A stretch of DNA of 64,000 nt. Source: an uncultured Solirubrobacterales bacterium. GTDB taxonomy: Bacteria; Actinomycetota; Thermoleophilia; Solirubrobacterales; Solirubrobacteraceae. Positions 17,132-26,200 of the stretch are shown piece by piece (position 1 is the first letter of the stretch; every line of letters begins with the position of its first letter). The translations under genes were made by a program, and so were the position numbers. The stretch is taken from positions 408,710 through 472,709 of the forward strand of contig CAVRBZ010000008.1 in assembly GCA_963719355.1 (NCBI GenBank). Reading direction: 5' to 3'. Under the pieces are notes generated by a model. That model did no database searches and was not told the DNA's origin. It worked only from the letters and a program-made list of their open reading frames with translations.

Positions 17132-18121
17132 ATGACGGCCGCCACCTCCACTGATCCGCTCGAGCGCCTCGAGGCGACGCTGGCACTGGCGCGAAGCGCG
17201 CCGAGCCGGCGGATGATGATCATCGTCAACCCGTTTGCCAGCACGGTGTCCGACCGGTTGAAAAACCTGGTGGTCTATGCGTTGCGCGGCCGCTACGAGG
17301 TGGACGCGATCGACACCAACGCGCGGGGCCACGCCACCGAGCTCTCCCGGGAGGCGGCGCGCGAAGGCTATGACGTAGTCGTCGCGTTCGGAGGTGACGG
17401 CACGGTGAACGAGGCCGCCAACGGGCTCGTCGGCTCGTCTACGCCGCTGTGCTGCCTGCCGGGGGGTAGAGCGAACGTGTACTGCCGGATGCTGGGGATC
17501 CCGACCGATGTGGTCGACGCGACCGAGCATCTGCTCATCCTGGCCGACGACTGGCGGCCGCGGCGCGTGGACGTCGGCTCGGTCAACGGGCGGATGTTCG
17601 TGTTCTCGGCCGGCGCGGGACTGGACGCCAGCGTGGTCGAGCAGGTCGACGCCCACCCTCACCTGAAGGCGCGCTTCGGCGAGTGGTACTACACGTGGAT
17701 GAGCCTGCGGACGTTCACGCGACGCTACCTGTTGCATCCGCCCCGGCTCGAAGCGCAGATCGGAACCGAGAGCATTGCCGGCGTGACCGTCATCGTCCAG
17801 AACGCCGCCCCGTACACCTACTTCGGAAACCGCCCGATCGACATGGGCGAGGGCGCCACGCTGCAGAGCGGCGATCTGGCCGGCGTCGTGCTCGACCGCG
17901 CGCGGCCGGTCGACGTCCCGACGATCATCGCCCGCGCGCTGTCGCGTCACCTCAGGGTGGCCCGCCACCACCACGTGCACCCGTTCTCGGGCGCGGGCGG
18001 CTTGCACGTGCGCTCGCTCGACGAGCGGCCGCTGCCGCTCCAGGTGGACGGCGACTACATCGGCGAGGCCGACGAGGCCGCGTTCGGCGTGACGCCGAAC
18101 GGGATCGCCGTCGTCTCGTGA
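17132..18121 (+). CDS. Diacylglycerol/lipid kinase family protein (YegS/DAGK)
   Basis: IVNPFA, FGGDGTVNEAANG, LPGGRANV and QVDGD. Confidence 0.9.
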   Translation: MTAATSTDPLERLEATLALARSAPSRRMMIIVNPFASTVSDRLKNLVVYALRGRYEVDAIDTNARGHATELSREAAREGYDVVVAFGGDGTVNEAANGLVGSSTPLCCLPGGRANVYCRMLGIPTDVVDATEHLLILADDWRPRRVDVGSVNGRMFVFSAGAGLDASVVEQVDAHPHLKARFGEWYYTWMSLRTFTRRYLLHPPRLEAQIGTESIAGVTVIVQNAAPYTYFGNRPIDMGEGATLQSGDLAGVVLDRARPVDVPTIIARALSRHLRVARHHHVHPFSGAGGLHVRSLDERPLPLQVDGDYIGEADEAAFGVTPNGIAVVS

Positions 18122-18204
18122 GTGGTGCTTCGCTTCCCGGTCGTCCTGGCGCGCCGGCGCACCCCGGGCTCTGACCGCTACGTTGGGGGGGCGAAATCCT
18201 CCAC

Positions 18205-19128
18205 TTGCAGGCTCCTGGGGAGGTGGACCGCCGCGCGACGCGCAAGATCAGGCTGACCGACCAGGATCTCGAGCTGCTGGGCTTTCTCGCCGAGCATCGG
18301 CTGGCCCTGCCCGACCACGCGGCCAAGCTCCTGGGCGTCCAGCCCGAGACGGCCAAGGCGCGCCTGAGCAAGCTGGTCGATGGCGGATATGTCAGGCGCG
18401 AGCCCCTGTTCCGCGGGAAACCACCGATGTACCTGATCGACAAGGACGGGCTCGACGTGGTCCGGAGCAGCTTGCCGGTGCCCCGCATCGACCTGCGCAC
18501 CTACGAACACGACGTGGGCACGGCCTGGTTGTGGCTGGCCGCCCGGGCCGCCACCTTCGGTCCTCTGCGCGAGGTCCTCGGCGAGCGCCGGCTTCGCTCA
18601 CACGACGGCGCACGTGAACCGGGCGTCGAGCCATTCGGCGTCAGGCTCGGCGGGGTCGGCCCGCGGGGACAGGAGCGCCTGCACTACCCCGACCTGCTGC
18701 TGAGGACCGCCGAGGGCCGGCGGATCGCGCTGGAGCTCGAGCTCTCATCCAAGGGTCCCGCCCGGCTGGCGACGATCCTGACCGGATACGGCGCTGACCC
18801 CCGAATCGACGGCGTCGTCTACCTGGTGCGAGGCGCATCGGTGGCGCGCACGGTGCAGGACACGGCCCGGCGGCTGGGCATCTCGTCGCTCGTTCACCTC
18901 CAGCGCGTGCGCCTGGAGGCGAGAGACCCCGCCGCGGCACGTGGATTCGCTGCCGGCAGGACTACGCAGAGTCGCCGCGCCGGCGACGCCGCCCGAGGCC
19001 CCGGCCACTTCGGACCCGGCGACTTCGGAGCCGCCCACCCTGGACCCGCCCACTCCGGACCCGCCCACTCCGGACCCGCCCACCCCGGACCCGCCCACCC
19101 CGGGCCCGCCACGGAGGCGGCGCTGTGA
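18205..19128 (+). CDS. Replication-relaxation family protein (wHTH + PD-(D/E)XK-type nuclease)
   Basis: N-terminal LTDQDLELLGFLAEHR..LSKLVDGGYV wHTH, then YEHDV and HYPDLLL..IALELELSSK. Start uncertain. Confidence 0.75.
   Translation: MQAPGEVDRRATRKIRLTDQDLELLGFLAEHRLALPDHAAKLLGVQPETAKARLSKLVDGGYVRREPLFRGKPPMYLIDKDGLDVVRSSLPVPRIDLRTYEHDVGTAWLWLAARAATFGPLREVLGERRLRSHDGAREPGVEPFGVRLGGVGPRGQERLHYPDLLLRTAEGRRIALELELSSKGPARLATILTGYGADPRIDGVVYLVRGASVARTVQDTARRLGISSLVHLQRVRLEARDPAAARGFAAGRTTQSRRAGDAARGPGHFGPGDFGAAHPGPAHSGPAHSGPAHPGPAHPGPATEAAL
18997..19110 (+). repeat. 15-bp tandem repeat (about 7.5 copies) encoding GPAHP/GPAHS
   Basis: Consensus GGACCCGCCCACYCC in the 3' end of the replication-relaxation gene. 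Confidence 0.9.
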
Positions 19129-20540
19129 GCGCGCGGCCCTGGCACCACCTGTGGCTCCCGGCCGCCCTCGTGGCGCTGATCCTCCTGCCGGCCGCGCCCG
19201 CGGCCGCCCTCATCGTCGCGATGCTGGCCGCGTCGGCGGTCCGGGCCGCGCGGCTGGCAACCGGTCGCCGTCGGGCGTCCGCCACCCATCGCGGCGCGAT
19301 CGTCCTCGGGTCCGACGGGCGCGGCCGGCCGGTCACGCTCGGCGACGACGAGCTCTCGGCGCACGGGTTGATCCTCGGCGCCAGCGGCGCCGGCAAGACC
19401 ACCACGCTGCTCACGATCTTGACCGAGCAGATCCGGCGCGGGCGTCCGGTGGTGGCGATCGACCTGAAGGGGTCGCCGGCCTTCACGCGGACGCTGGCCG
19501 AAGCGGCCGCCGGCGCCGGCCGCCCGTTCCAGGCCTGGACGCTCGACGGCGGCGCTCACTGGAACCCGCTCGCCCACGGGAACGCCACCGAGCTCAAGGA
19601 CAAGCTGATCGGCACCGAACGGTTCACCGAGCCCCACTACATGCGCGCGGCGGAGCGCTACGTCCAGATCGTCCTCCAGGTGCTGGCCGGCGCGCACCCG
19701 GAGCGGCCGCCCACCCTCGAGGAGGTGGTCGCGCTGATGGATCCGGCCCGGCTCACGAGCACGCTTCGCCATGTCGAGGCGCCGCTGCGCGCGCGGATCC
19801 AGGACTACCGGGCCGGGCTGACACCCGATCAGCTGAGCGCGATCCGCGGTCTTCAGACGCGGCTCGCCGTCGTCACCGAGTCACACACCGGGGCGTTTCT
19901 GAATCCGCCGGCGGACCCGCGCGCGGCGGCGATCGATCTGCGTGAGGCGCTTACGGGTCGGCAGGTGGTCGTGTTCAGCCTCAACTCGAGCCGGTACGGG
20001 AAGCTCGCCGCCCAGATCGGGACGCTGGTGGTGCAGGACCTGGTGTCCGCCTCGGGCGAGCTCGTCGAGCGTCCGGGCGTGGAGCCGGCGGTGATCGGGA
20101 TCGACGAGTTCTCCGCCCTCGGCGCCGACCACGTGATCGCGCTGTTGGAGCGGGGCCGCGAGTCCGGTCTGTGCGTTCTGGTCGCTACCCAGGAGCTGGC
20201 CGACCTCGAGCGCGCCGCCCGAGGCCTGAAGGACCAGGTGGTCGGCGTGACCGCCGTCAAGATCGTGCACCGCCAGGAGGTGCCGGACTCGGCGCAAACC
20301 GTCGCGCTGATGGCCGGCACCGAGAAGGTGTGGGAGGAGACCCGCCAGCTCGCAGGAGGGCTGCTCGGCGCCTACGAGACCGGCCGGGGCACGCGACGCC
20401 GGGTCGAGCAGCCGATCGTCCACCCGAATGAGATCAAAACGCTGCGTACGGGCGAGGCGGTGCTGATCTCGAAGATCCGCGGCGCGCGGCCGCGCACGGT
20501 GCGGATCTCACCGCCGCGCCGTGACGGCCCCGCGCTCTGA
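19125..20540 (+). CDS. Type IV coupling protein (VirD4/TraD/TrwB-like ATPase)
   Basis: N-terminal TM, Walker A GASGAGKT, IDLKG, WNPL, Walker B IGIDEF, ATQELADL and HPNEIKTL. GTGA overlap with the upstream gene. Confidence 0.82.
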   Translation: MSARPWHHLWLPAALVALILLPAAPAAALIVAMLAASAVRAARLATGRRRASATHRGAIVLGSDGRGRPVTLGDDELSAHGLILGASGAGKTTTLLTILTEQIRRGRPVVAIDLKGSPAFTRTLAEAAAGAGRPFQAWTLDGGAHWNPLAHGNATELKDKLIGTERFTEPHYMRAAERYVQIVLQVLAGAHPERPPTLEEVVALMDPARLTSTLRHVEAPLRARIQDYRAGLTPDQLSAIRGLQTRLAVVTESHTGAFLNPPADPRAAAIDLREALTGRQVVVFSLNSSRYGKLAAQIGTLVVQDLVSASGELVERPGVEPAVIGIDEFSALGADHVIALLERGRESGLCVLVATQELADLERAARGLKDQVVGVTAVKIVHRQEVPDSAQTVALMAGTEKVWEETRQLAGGLLGAYETGRGTRRRVEQPIVHPNEIKTLRTGEAVLISKIRGARPRTVRISPPRRDGPAL

Positions 20541-20544
20541 TCGG

Positions 20545-20907
20545 TCAGCTCCGCGGGCCCACCACGCAGACGAAGGCGAGCGGGACGTCCCCCAGCGTTT
20601 CGAAGCAGTGCAGCTCGTCGCCCGCGACGTAGACCACGTCCCCCTCCCCCACGTCATGGGTCTCCTCGCCCAAGGTCACCCGCGCGCGGCCGGAGACGAT
20701 CATCACGCCGTGGTCGTGGACGTGTCGCTCCCGGGCGGTCCGGCCGCCGGGCGGCACCTCGAAGTACCGCATCCGGTATTGCCGGGCGCCCTCGGCCTCA
20801 CCGATCAGCTCATGTTTGCGCACACCCGCGAGCGACGGGTCGTCGTAGGCCTGCGGCTTGACGCCTTCCCAGCCCGCGCCGGGAGATCGCCGGTGGACGA
20901 CACCCAT
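20545..20907 (-). CDS. Cupin domain protein
   Basis: MRYFEVPPGG..ERHVHDH and GDVVYV..ELHCF. Confidence 0.85.
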   Translation of the reverse strand: MGVVHRRSPGAGWEGVKPQAYDDPSLAGVRKHELIGEAEGARQYRMRYFEVPPGGRTARERHVHDHGVMIVSGRARVTLGEETHDVGEGDVVYVAGDELHCFETLGDVPLAFVCVVGPRS

Positions 20908-20913
20908 GAGACG

Positions 20914-23211
20914 CTACGCCGCGGCGGGCGTCACCCGGTAGGCGTCGAACACCGCGTCGATGTTGCGCAGCCGGTTGATCGCCTGGTCGAGCGAACGGGT
21001 GTCTCCGACCTCGACCACGAAGCGGTTCTTGACCATCGGGTGGTTGACGATGCAGCGCGCCTCGAGGATGTTGATCCCGGCCTCGGCGAAGGTCCGGGAC
21101 ATGTCCTCGAGGAGGCGATGGCGATCCCAGCCGTCGACCTCGATCTCGACCCGGAAGGACGTCTCGGCATCGCCGTCCCATGAGACCGGGGTGAAACGGT
21201 CCGGATCCTTGCGCAGCACGGCGACGTTCGGGCAGTCCTCGCGGTGGATGGTGATCCCCCGGCCGAGCGAGATGTAGCCAACGATCGGATCGCCCGGGAC
21301 CGGACGGCAGCACTTGGCCAGCCGCAGCATGACCTCGTCGATCCCCTCGACGGATATCCCGTAACGCGAGGAGGAGGTCGTCGCGCGCGAGCGCCGCCGG
21401 TGTGTCTTCAGCAGGTCGTCGGCCGCGGTCGGCTCGGACTCGGCCGCCTCGCCCTGCTTGAGGCGCTGCATGATCTTGTTGACGACGACCTTGGCGGAGA
21501 TCTTGGCGCCGCCCAGCGCGATGTAGAAGTCGTCGGCCTTGCGGAACCCCATCTCGCGGATGACATCGGCCAGCAGCGAGGAGCCGACGATCTTCTGCGC
21601 CGGCAACCCCTGCTTCTTGAGGTGGTCCTGGAGCAGCTCGCGGCCGGCGTGCTCTGAGTCCTTGCGCGACTCGGCCTTGAACCATGCCTTGATCTTGTTG
21701 CGCGCCCGCGTCGTCTTCACCAGCGCCAGCCAGTCCCGCGACGGCCCGCGCTCGCGCTTGGAGGTGAGAACCTCGACGATGTCGCCCGAGCGCAGCTGGT
21801 AGGAGAGCGGGACGATCTTGCCGTTGACCTTCGCCCCCACGCAGCGGTGGCCCACATCGGTGTGGATCTCGTAGGCGAAGTCGAGCGGCGTGGCGCCCGC
21901 GGCGAGCGACTTCACCTCGCCCTTGGGGGTGAACACGAACACCTCGTCCTCGAACAGGTCGACCTTGAGGGTCTCCATGAACTCGCGAGGATCGGCCTCC
22001 TCCTGCTGCCAGTCCAGCAAGGACCGCAGCCACTTGAGCTTCCCATCGGATCCCGGCGGTCCGCCGCTCTCGCGGGGTCCCGTCTCCTTGTACATCCAGT
22101 GCGCGGCGATCCCGTACTCGGCCAGATCGTGCATCTCGCGCGTGCGGATCTGGATCTCGAGCGGCCTGCCCTCGGGACCGATCACCGTGGTGTGCAGTGA
22201 CGAGTACATGTTGAACTTGGGCATGGCCACGAAGTCCTTGAAGCGGCCGGGCAGCGGCTTCCACAGCGAGTGGATCACGCCCACGCCGCCGTAGCAGTCC
22301 TTCACCGAGCCGACGATCACCCGCATCGCGGTCAAGTCGTAGATCTCGTTGAACTCGCGCCCCTTCTTGGTCATCTTGGCGTAGATCGAGTAGAAGTGCT
22401 TGGCCCGGCCCGAGATCTCGGCCTGGATGCCGATCTCCTCGAGCTCCTTACCCAGGTACATGGCGGCCTGGTTGACGTAGCGCTCGCGCTCGGCGCGCTG
22501 CTGGGCCACCAGCCCCTTGATCTCGTTGTACTTGCGCGGGTGCAGCGTCTGGAAGGCCAGATCCTCGAGCTCCCACTTGATCGCGTGGATGCCGAGGCGG
22601 TGCGCGATCGGCGCGTAGATGTCGAGCGTCTCACGCGCCTTCTCAATCTGCTTCTGCTTGCTCAGCGCCGAGATCGTGCGCATGTTGTGCAGCCGATCGG
22701 CCAGCTTGATCAGGATGACCCGGATGTCCGTGGCCATCGCGACGATCATCTTGCGGTAGTTCTCGGCCTGCACCTCGTCGCGCGACTGGAAGGTCAGCCC
22801 GGTGAGCTTGGTCACGCCGTCGACCAGGCCGGCGATCTCGTCGCCAAAGGTCTCGCGCACCTCCTCGAGCGACACCGAGGTGTCCTCGACGGTGTCGTGC
22901 AGCAGCGCGGCGCACAGGGTCTCGGTGTCGAGCCGCATCCCGGCGCAGATCTTGGCCACGCCGACCGGATGCACGATGAAGTACTCGCCCGAGCGCCGGC
23001 GCTGGTCGGCGTGATGCACGCAGGCATACACGAACGCCTCTTCGACGCGCCCACGATCGATCGACGCGGCGGCCTCGTGTGCGTGCTCCTCGACGATCGC
23101 GAACAGGTCTGATAGCAGCCGCCGCTCGGCCGGGGTCAGCTCCGAGCGCTCGACCTGCCCGTGGGCCTCGGGATGCTCCAGCCGGTCCACCGGCGGCCGC
23201 GAGACGAACAC
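20914..23211 (-). CDS. relA: Bifunctional (p)ppGpp synthetase/hydrolase Rel
   Basis: ALLHDTVED (HD), KLADRLHNMRT, GRAKHFYSIY, EIQIRT, TGS, CCRP and ACT domains. Start approximate. Confidence 0.95.
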   Translation of the reverse strand: MFVSRPPVDRLEHPEAHGQVERSELTPAERRLLSDLFAIVEEHAHEAAASIDRGRVEEAFVYACVHHADQRRRSGEYFIVHPVGVAKICAGMRLDTETLCAALLHDTVEDTSVSLEEVRETFGDEIAGLVDGVTKLTGLTFQSRDEVQAENYRKMIVAMATDIRVILIKLADRLHNMRTISALSKQKQIEKARETLDIYAPIAHRLGIHAIKWELEDLAFQTLHPRKYNEIKGLVAQQRAERERYVNQAAMYLGKELEEIGIQAEISGRAKHFYSIYAKMTKKGREFNEIYDLTAMRVIVGSVKDCYGGVGVIHSLWKPLPGRFKDFVAMPKFNMYSSLHTTVIGPEGRPLEIQIRTREMHDLAEYGIAAHWMYKETGPRESGGPPGSDGKLKWLRSLLDWQQEEADPREFMETLKVDLFEDEVFVFTPKGEVKSLAAGATPLDFAYEIHTDVGHRCVGAKVNGKIVPLSYQLRSGDIVEVLTSKRERGPSRDWLALVKTTRARNKIKAWFKAESRKDSEHAGRELLQDHLKKQGLPAQKIVGSSLLADVIREMGFRKADDFYIALGGAKISAKVVVNKIMQRLKQGEAAESEPTAADDLLKTHRRRSRATTSSSRYGISVEGIDEVMLRLAKCCRPVPGDPIVGYISLGRGITIHREDCPNVAVLRKDPDRFTPVSWDGDAETSFRVEIEVDGWDRHRLLEDMSRTFAEAGINILEARCIVNHPMVKNRFVVEVGDTRSLDQAINRLRNIDAVFDAYRVTPAAA

Positions 23212-23273
23212 CGCCGATCCCTGCGCTCCGTCACGCGTCGGGAGTCCCGATCCGTCCGTCGGCCGGCCCCGGG

Positions 23274-25760
23274 TCAGCCTCCTGGGAGATGATTTGCGCT
23301 GCTCAGGAATCGTTTTCCGTCCTCGTACCGCTGTGCATAGGCCCGGTACGCCGCGGAGCGCTCAAGCGCCGTCGGCTGGGCGCCCGCGATCGCCAGGGCC
23401 GGCAGATCCGGGTCGAGGCTGACGAGCGCGAGCTCCCCGAGGACCTTGATCAGCCGGGCCGCCAGGCGTGCCGGGCGACCGTGGGGACCGTCCCCGCGGA
23501 GCAGGTGCTCGAGCTCCTCGCCGGTCACCCTTCCCCGCAGCCTCAGGCTGCGGTAGAGGGCGGCGAGCGAAGCACGAAGACCGTACTCCAACTCGTGCAT
23601 CTGCTGCGCAAAGCGTAGCTCAGGCTCACCCCAGGCCAAATGGGTATAGCCCCGGCCGGTGTCGAGGACGGCGCCGGCCGCCGGGCAGAAGGGCGGGTCG
23701 AGCGCGACCAGATGCGCGAACGGTTCCGCGAGCGCCGGCTCGCACCCGAGCGCGTGGTAGGAGATCAGCCCAAACCCGCCGGCCCTGGCCTCGAGCCCCG
23801 CCCGCCGGCGTGCCGTGTCGGCGCACACGGCGAGCACCCGGCCACCGGCTGACCGCGCATCGGCGAGCACGGCCAAAGGGCTGTGGCCGCGGCGGTCCAG
23901 TACCGCGCGCGTCCTCGGCACGACGAGTGAGTCCGGAAACGCCTCACGCTCGAGCTCGCGGAGCACCGCGGCGAGATAGTCGGCCGGCTCCCCCAGGACC
24001 TCGATCTCCGGCGGGGCGCATGCTCGCGCATGCCCGAGCACCAGGCGCGGCTCGACCGCGCCCCTCCAGAAGTTGCGCTCCAGTCGGAAGGTGGCGTCCA
24101 CCGGCTCGTCGGCCTCCACCCCCAGTCGCCCGTCGCAGCCGAACGCGACCCCCCGGGCGCTGATTCCGGCGGAGCCAACCGAGAAGCGCAGATGGCGTCC
24201 CTCCCCCATCGGGCGCAGATCGCGCAGCCGCGCGCCGGGCACCAGCAGCCGGGCTCGTGGATTGCCAACCCCGCACGGCTCGAGTCGCTCGAGCTCCTCG
24301 GCCAGCGTGAGCCCGAGCTCGCAGCCCGAGGCGATTGCATCGACGCGCTCGCGCGCCACCAGCAGCTCGGCGGCGAGCACCTCCTGGGCGTGGCCTTCCA
24401 GCGCTTCCCGAAACGCCTCCAGCCGCTCGCGCCGGATCGTCATTCCGGCCGCCGCGCGGTGGCCGCCGTAGCGTTCGAGGTGCTCGGCGCCGGCGTGCAG
24501 CGCGCCCAGCAGGTCGAAGCCCGGGATGCTCCGGGCCGACCCCGACCCGATGTCTCCGTCGAGCCCGACCACGACCGTCGGGCGGTGGTGGCGTTCGACC
24601 ACCCGCGAGGCCACGATTCCCACCACGCCGGGATGCCAGCCCTCGCCGGCCAGGACGTAGGTGCGCCGCTCGCCCTGCTCGGCCACCTGGGCTTCGGCCT
24701 CCCACACGATCCGCTGCTCGACCGCGCGCCGCTCCGCGTTGACTCGCTCGAGCTCCGAGGCGATCTGCGCGGCGCGGCGGTCATCCTCGGTGAGCAGCAG
24801 CTCGAGCCCGGCGTCCGCCCGGCGCAACCTACCGCAGGCGTTGATCCGCGGGGCCAGGCGGAAGCCGAGGACGCCGGTATCGAGCGCGCTCGGGTCGACG
24901 TTCGCGGCGCTCATCAGCGCGCGCAGACCCGGCCTGGCCGTCCGCGACAGCGCGAGCAGCCCCGCGCGCACGAGCCGGCGATTCTCCCCGACGAGCGGCA
25001 TCAGGTCCGCCACCGTGGCCAGCGCCACCAGCTCGAGGTCCTGCTGCGCCGTCGATGCTCCAAGCGCCTGGGCGAGTTTGTAGGCGACCCCGGTTCCGCA
25101 CAGGTCGGGGCACGGGTACCCGCACACCCCGGGGTGGACGATCTCGCATTCGGGCAGCCGCCCGTCGGCCCGAGGAGCGTGGTGGTCGCAGACGACGACG
25201 TCGAGGCCCGACGCGCGTGCCGTCGCGACCTCATCCACCGCGGTGATCGCGCAGTCGACGGTGACCAGCAGGCCGGCGCCGGTGCCCGACAGCCGGCAGA
25301 CGGTCTCGCGCGACAGGCCGTATCCGTCGGCCAGCCGGTCCGGGAGGTACCAGCCGACATCCGCGCCCCGCTCCCGCAGGGCGCGCACCATGATCGCGGT
25401 GGCGCAGACCCCATCCACGTCGTAGTCGCCGTGCACCACGATGCGGCTGCCGCGCTCGATGTGCGCGTCGATCAGGGCGAGGACACGCTCGATGCCCGCG
25501 AACGCGCTCGCCTCGTGCGCCTCCTGCGGATCGAGGAACGCCCGCGCGGCCGCCGCGTCGCGGATCCCCCGGCGCACCAGGACCTGGGCCAGGACGTGGC
25601 TGACGCCGAGCTCGCGCTCGAGCCTAACCGCGGCGGCCAGGTCGTAGGGCGGGACCTCGAGCCGCGGCGCGGCGGGCGGCAGCCCGGGAACGGCGTGCAG
25701 CGGGGCACCCGCATGTGGGCGGTCGTCCGGCTCTGTGCGCAGAAGGGCTGCCTCGGGCAT
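23274..25760 (-). CDS. recJ: Single-stranded DNA exonuclease RecJ
   Basis: HGDYDVDG, TVDC, DHH, ATVAD, PRINA, GSARS and GGH..AAG. Confidence 0.93.
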   Translation of the reverse strand: MPEAALLRTEPDDRPHAGAPLHAVPGLPPAAPRLEVPPYDLAAAVRLERELGVSHVLAQVLVRRGIRDAAAARAFLDPQEAHEASAFAGIERVLALIDAHIERGSRIVVHGDYDVDGVCATAIMVRALRERGADVGWYLPDRLADGYGLSRETVCRLSGTGAGLLVTVDCAITAVDEVATARASGLDVVVCDHHAPRADGRLPECEIVHPGVCGYPCPDLCGTGVAYKLAQALGASTAQQDLELVALATVADLMPLVGENRRLVRAGLLALSRTARPGLRALMSAANVDPSALDTGVLGFRLAPRINACGRLRRADAGLELLLTEDDRRAAQIASELERVNAERRAVEQRIVWEAEAQVAEQGERRTYVLAGEGWHPGVVGIVASRVVERHHRPTVVVGLDGDIGSGSARSIPGFDLLGALHAGAEHLERYGGHRAAAGMTIRRERLEAFREALEGHAQEVLAAELLVARERVDAIASGCELGLTLAEELERLEPCGVGNPRARLLVPGARLRDLRPMGEGRHLRFSVGSAGISARGVAFGCDGRLGVEADEPVDATFRLERNFWRGAVEPRLVLGHARACAPPEIEVLGEPADYLAAVLRELEREAFPDSLVVPRTRAVLDRRGHSPLAVLADARSAGGRVLAVCADTARRRAGLEARAGGFGLISYHALGCEPALAEPFAHLVALDPPFCPAAGAVLDTGRGYTHLAWGEPELRFAQQMHELEYGLRASLAALYRSLRLRGRVTGEELEHLLRGDGPHGRPARLAARLIKVLGELALVSLDPDLPALAIAGAQPTALERSAAYRAYAQRYEDGKRFLSSANHLPGG

Positions 25761-25909
25761 GGCAGGCAGCGTATGTGCCGCCCCTGACGGAAACGGCCGG
25801 ATTGGGCGGTCTCAGGCCCCGCCGAGCACAGATTGGAACAGAGTTTTTGCGCCGGGCGCGAAATCCGACGCGAACCCGGGCCGGCCCAGGTTCGAAAGCC
25901 GAGACCGAG

Positions 25910-26197
25910 TCAGGCGAGCCCGGGCTCGCCCTGGCCGGACGCGCGCTCGCTCCGGACGCCCGCGAACCAGACGACGGCCAGGCCGATGAGCGCCCCAGGG
26001 ATTGCGTCGAGCGCGGTGAGCACGTCGGTGGCGTGGCGCCCCGGGACCGAGAAGCCGTTGATGATCCAGGCGAACAGGACCGCTGCGGTCAGCGCCCCGA
26101 TCAGCGCGCCGACGATGCCGCCCCAGAACCGATCGGGCAGCCAGATCGTGAAGTGCCAGATCGCGAGCCCCATCATCACCCAGGCGAGCATTCCCAT
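25910..26197 (-). CDS. Small membrane protein (three TM)
   Basis: Hydrophobic 95 aa with WHFTIWLPDRFWGGIVGA. Starts immediately after the secDF stop. Confidence 0.7.
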   Translation of the reverse strand: MGMLAWVMMGLAIWHFTIWLPDRFWGGIVGALIGALTAAVLFAWIINGFSVPGRHATDVLTALDAIPGALIGLAVVWFAGVRSERASGQGEPGLA

Positions 26198-26200
26198 GAT

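Noticed and set aside
18122-20545. Possible att or target-site repeats (GCTCTGA at about 18167 and 20534) and a G7 run upstream of the relaxase-like gene
   Set aside because: A 7-bp match and a short G run are expected by chance in GC-rich DNA. No integrase is present.
25860-25905. GGTTCGAAA with a nearby hairpin, resembling a tRNA T-arm
   Set aside because: No cloverleaf or D-arm can be built. At most a simple stem-loop.
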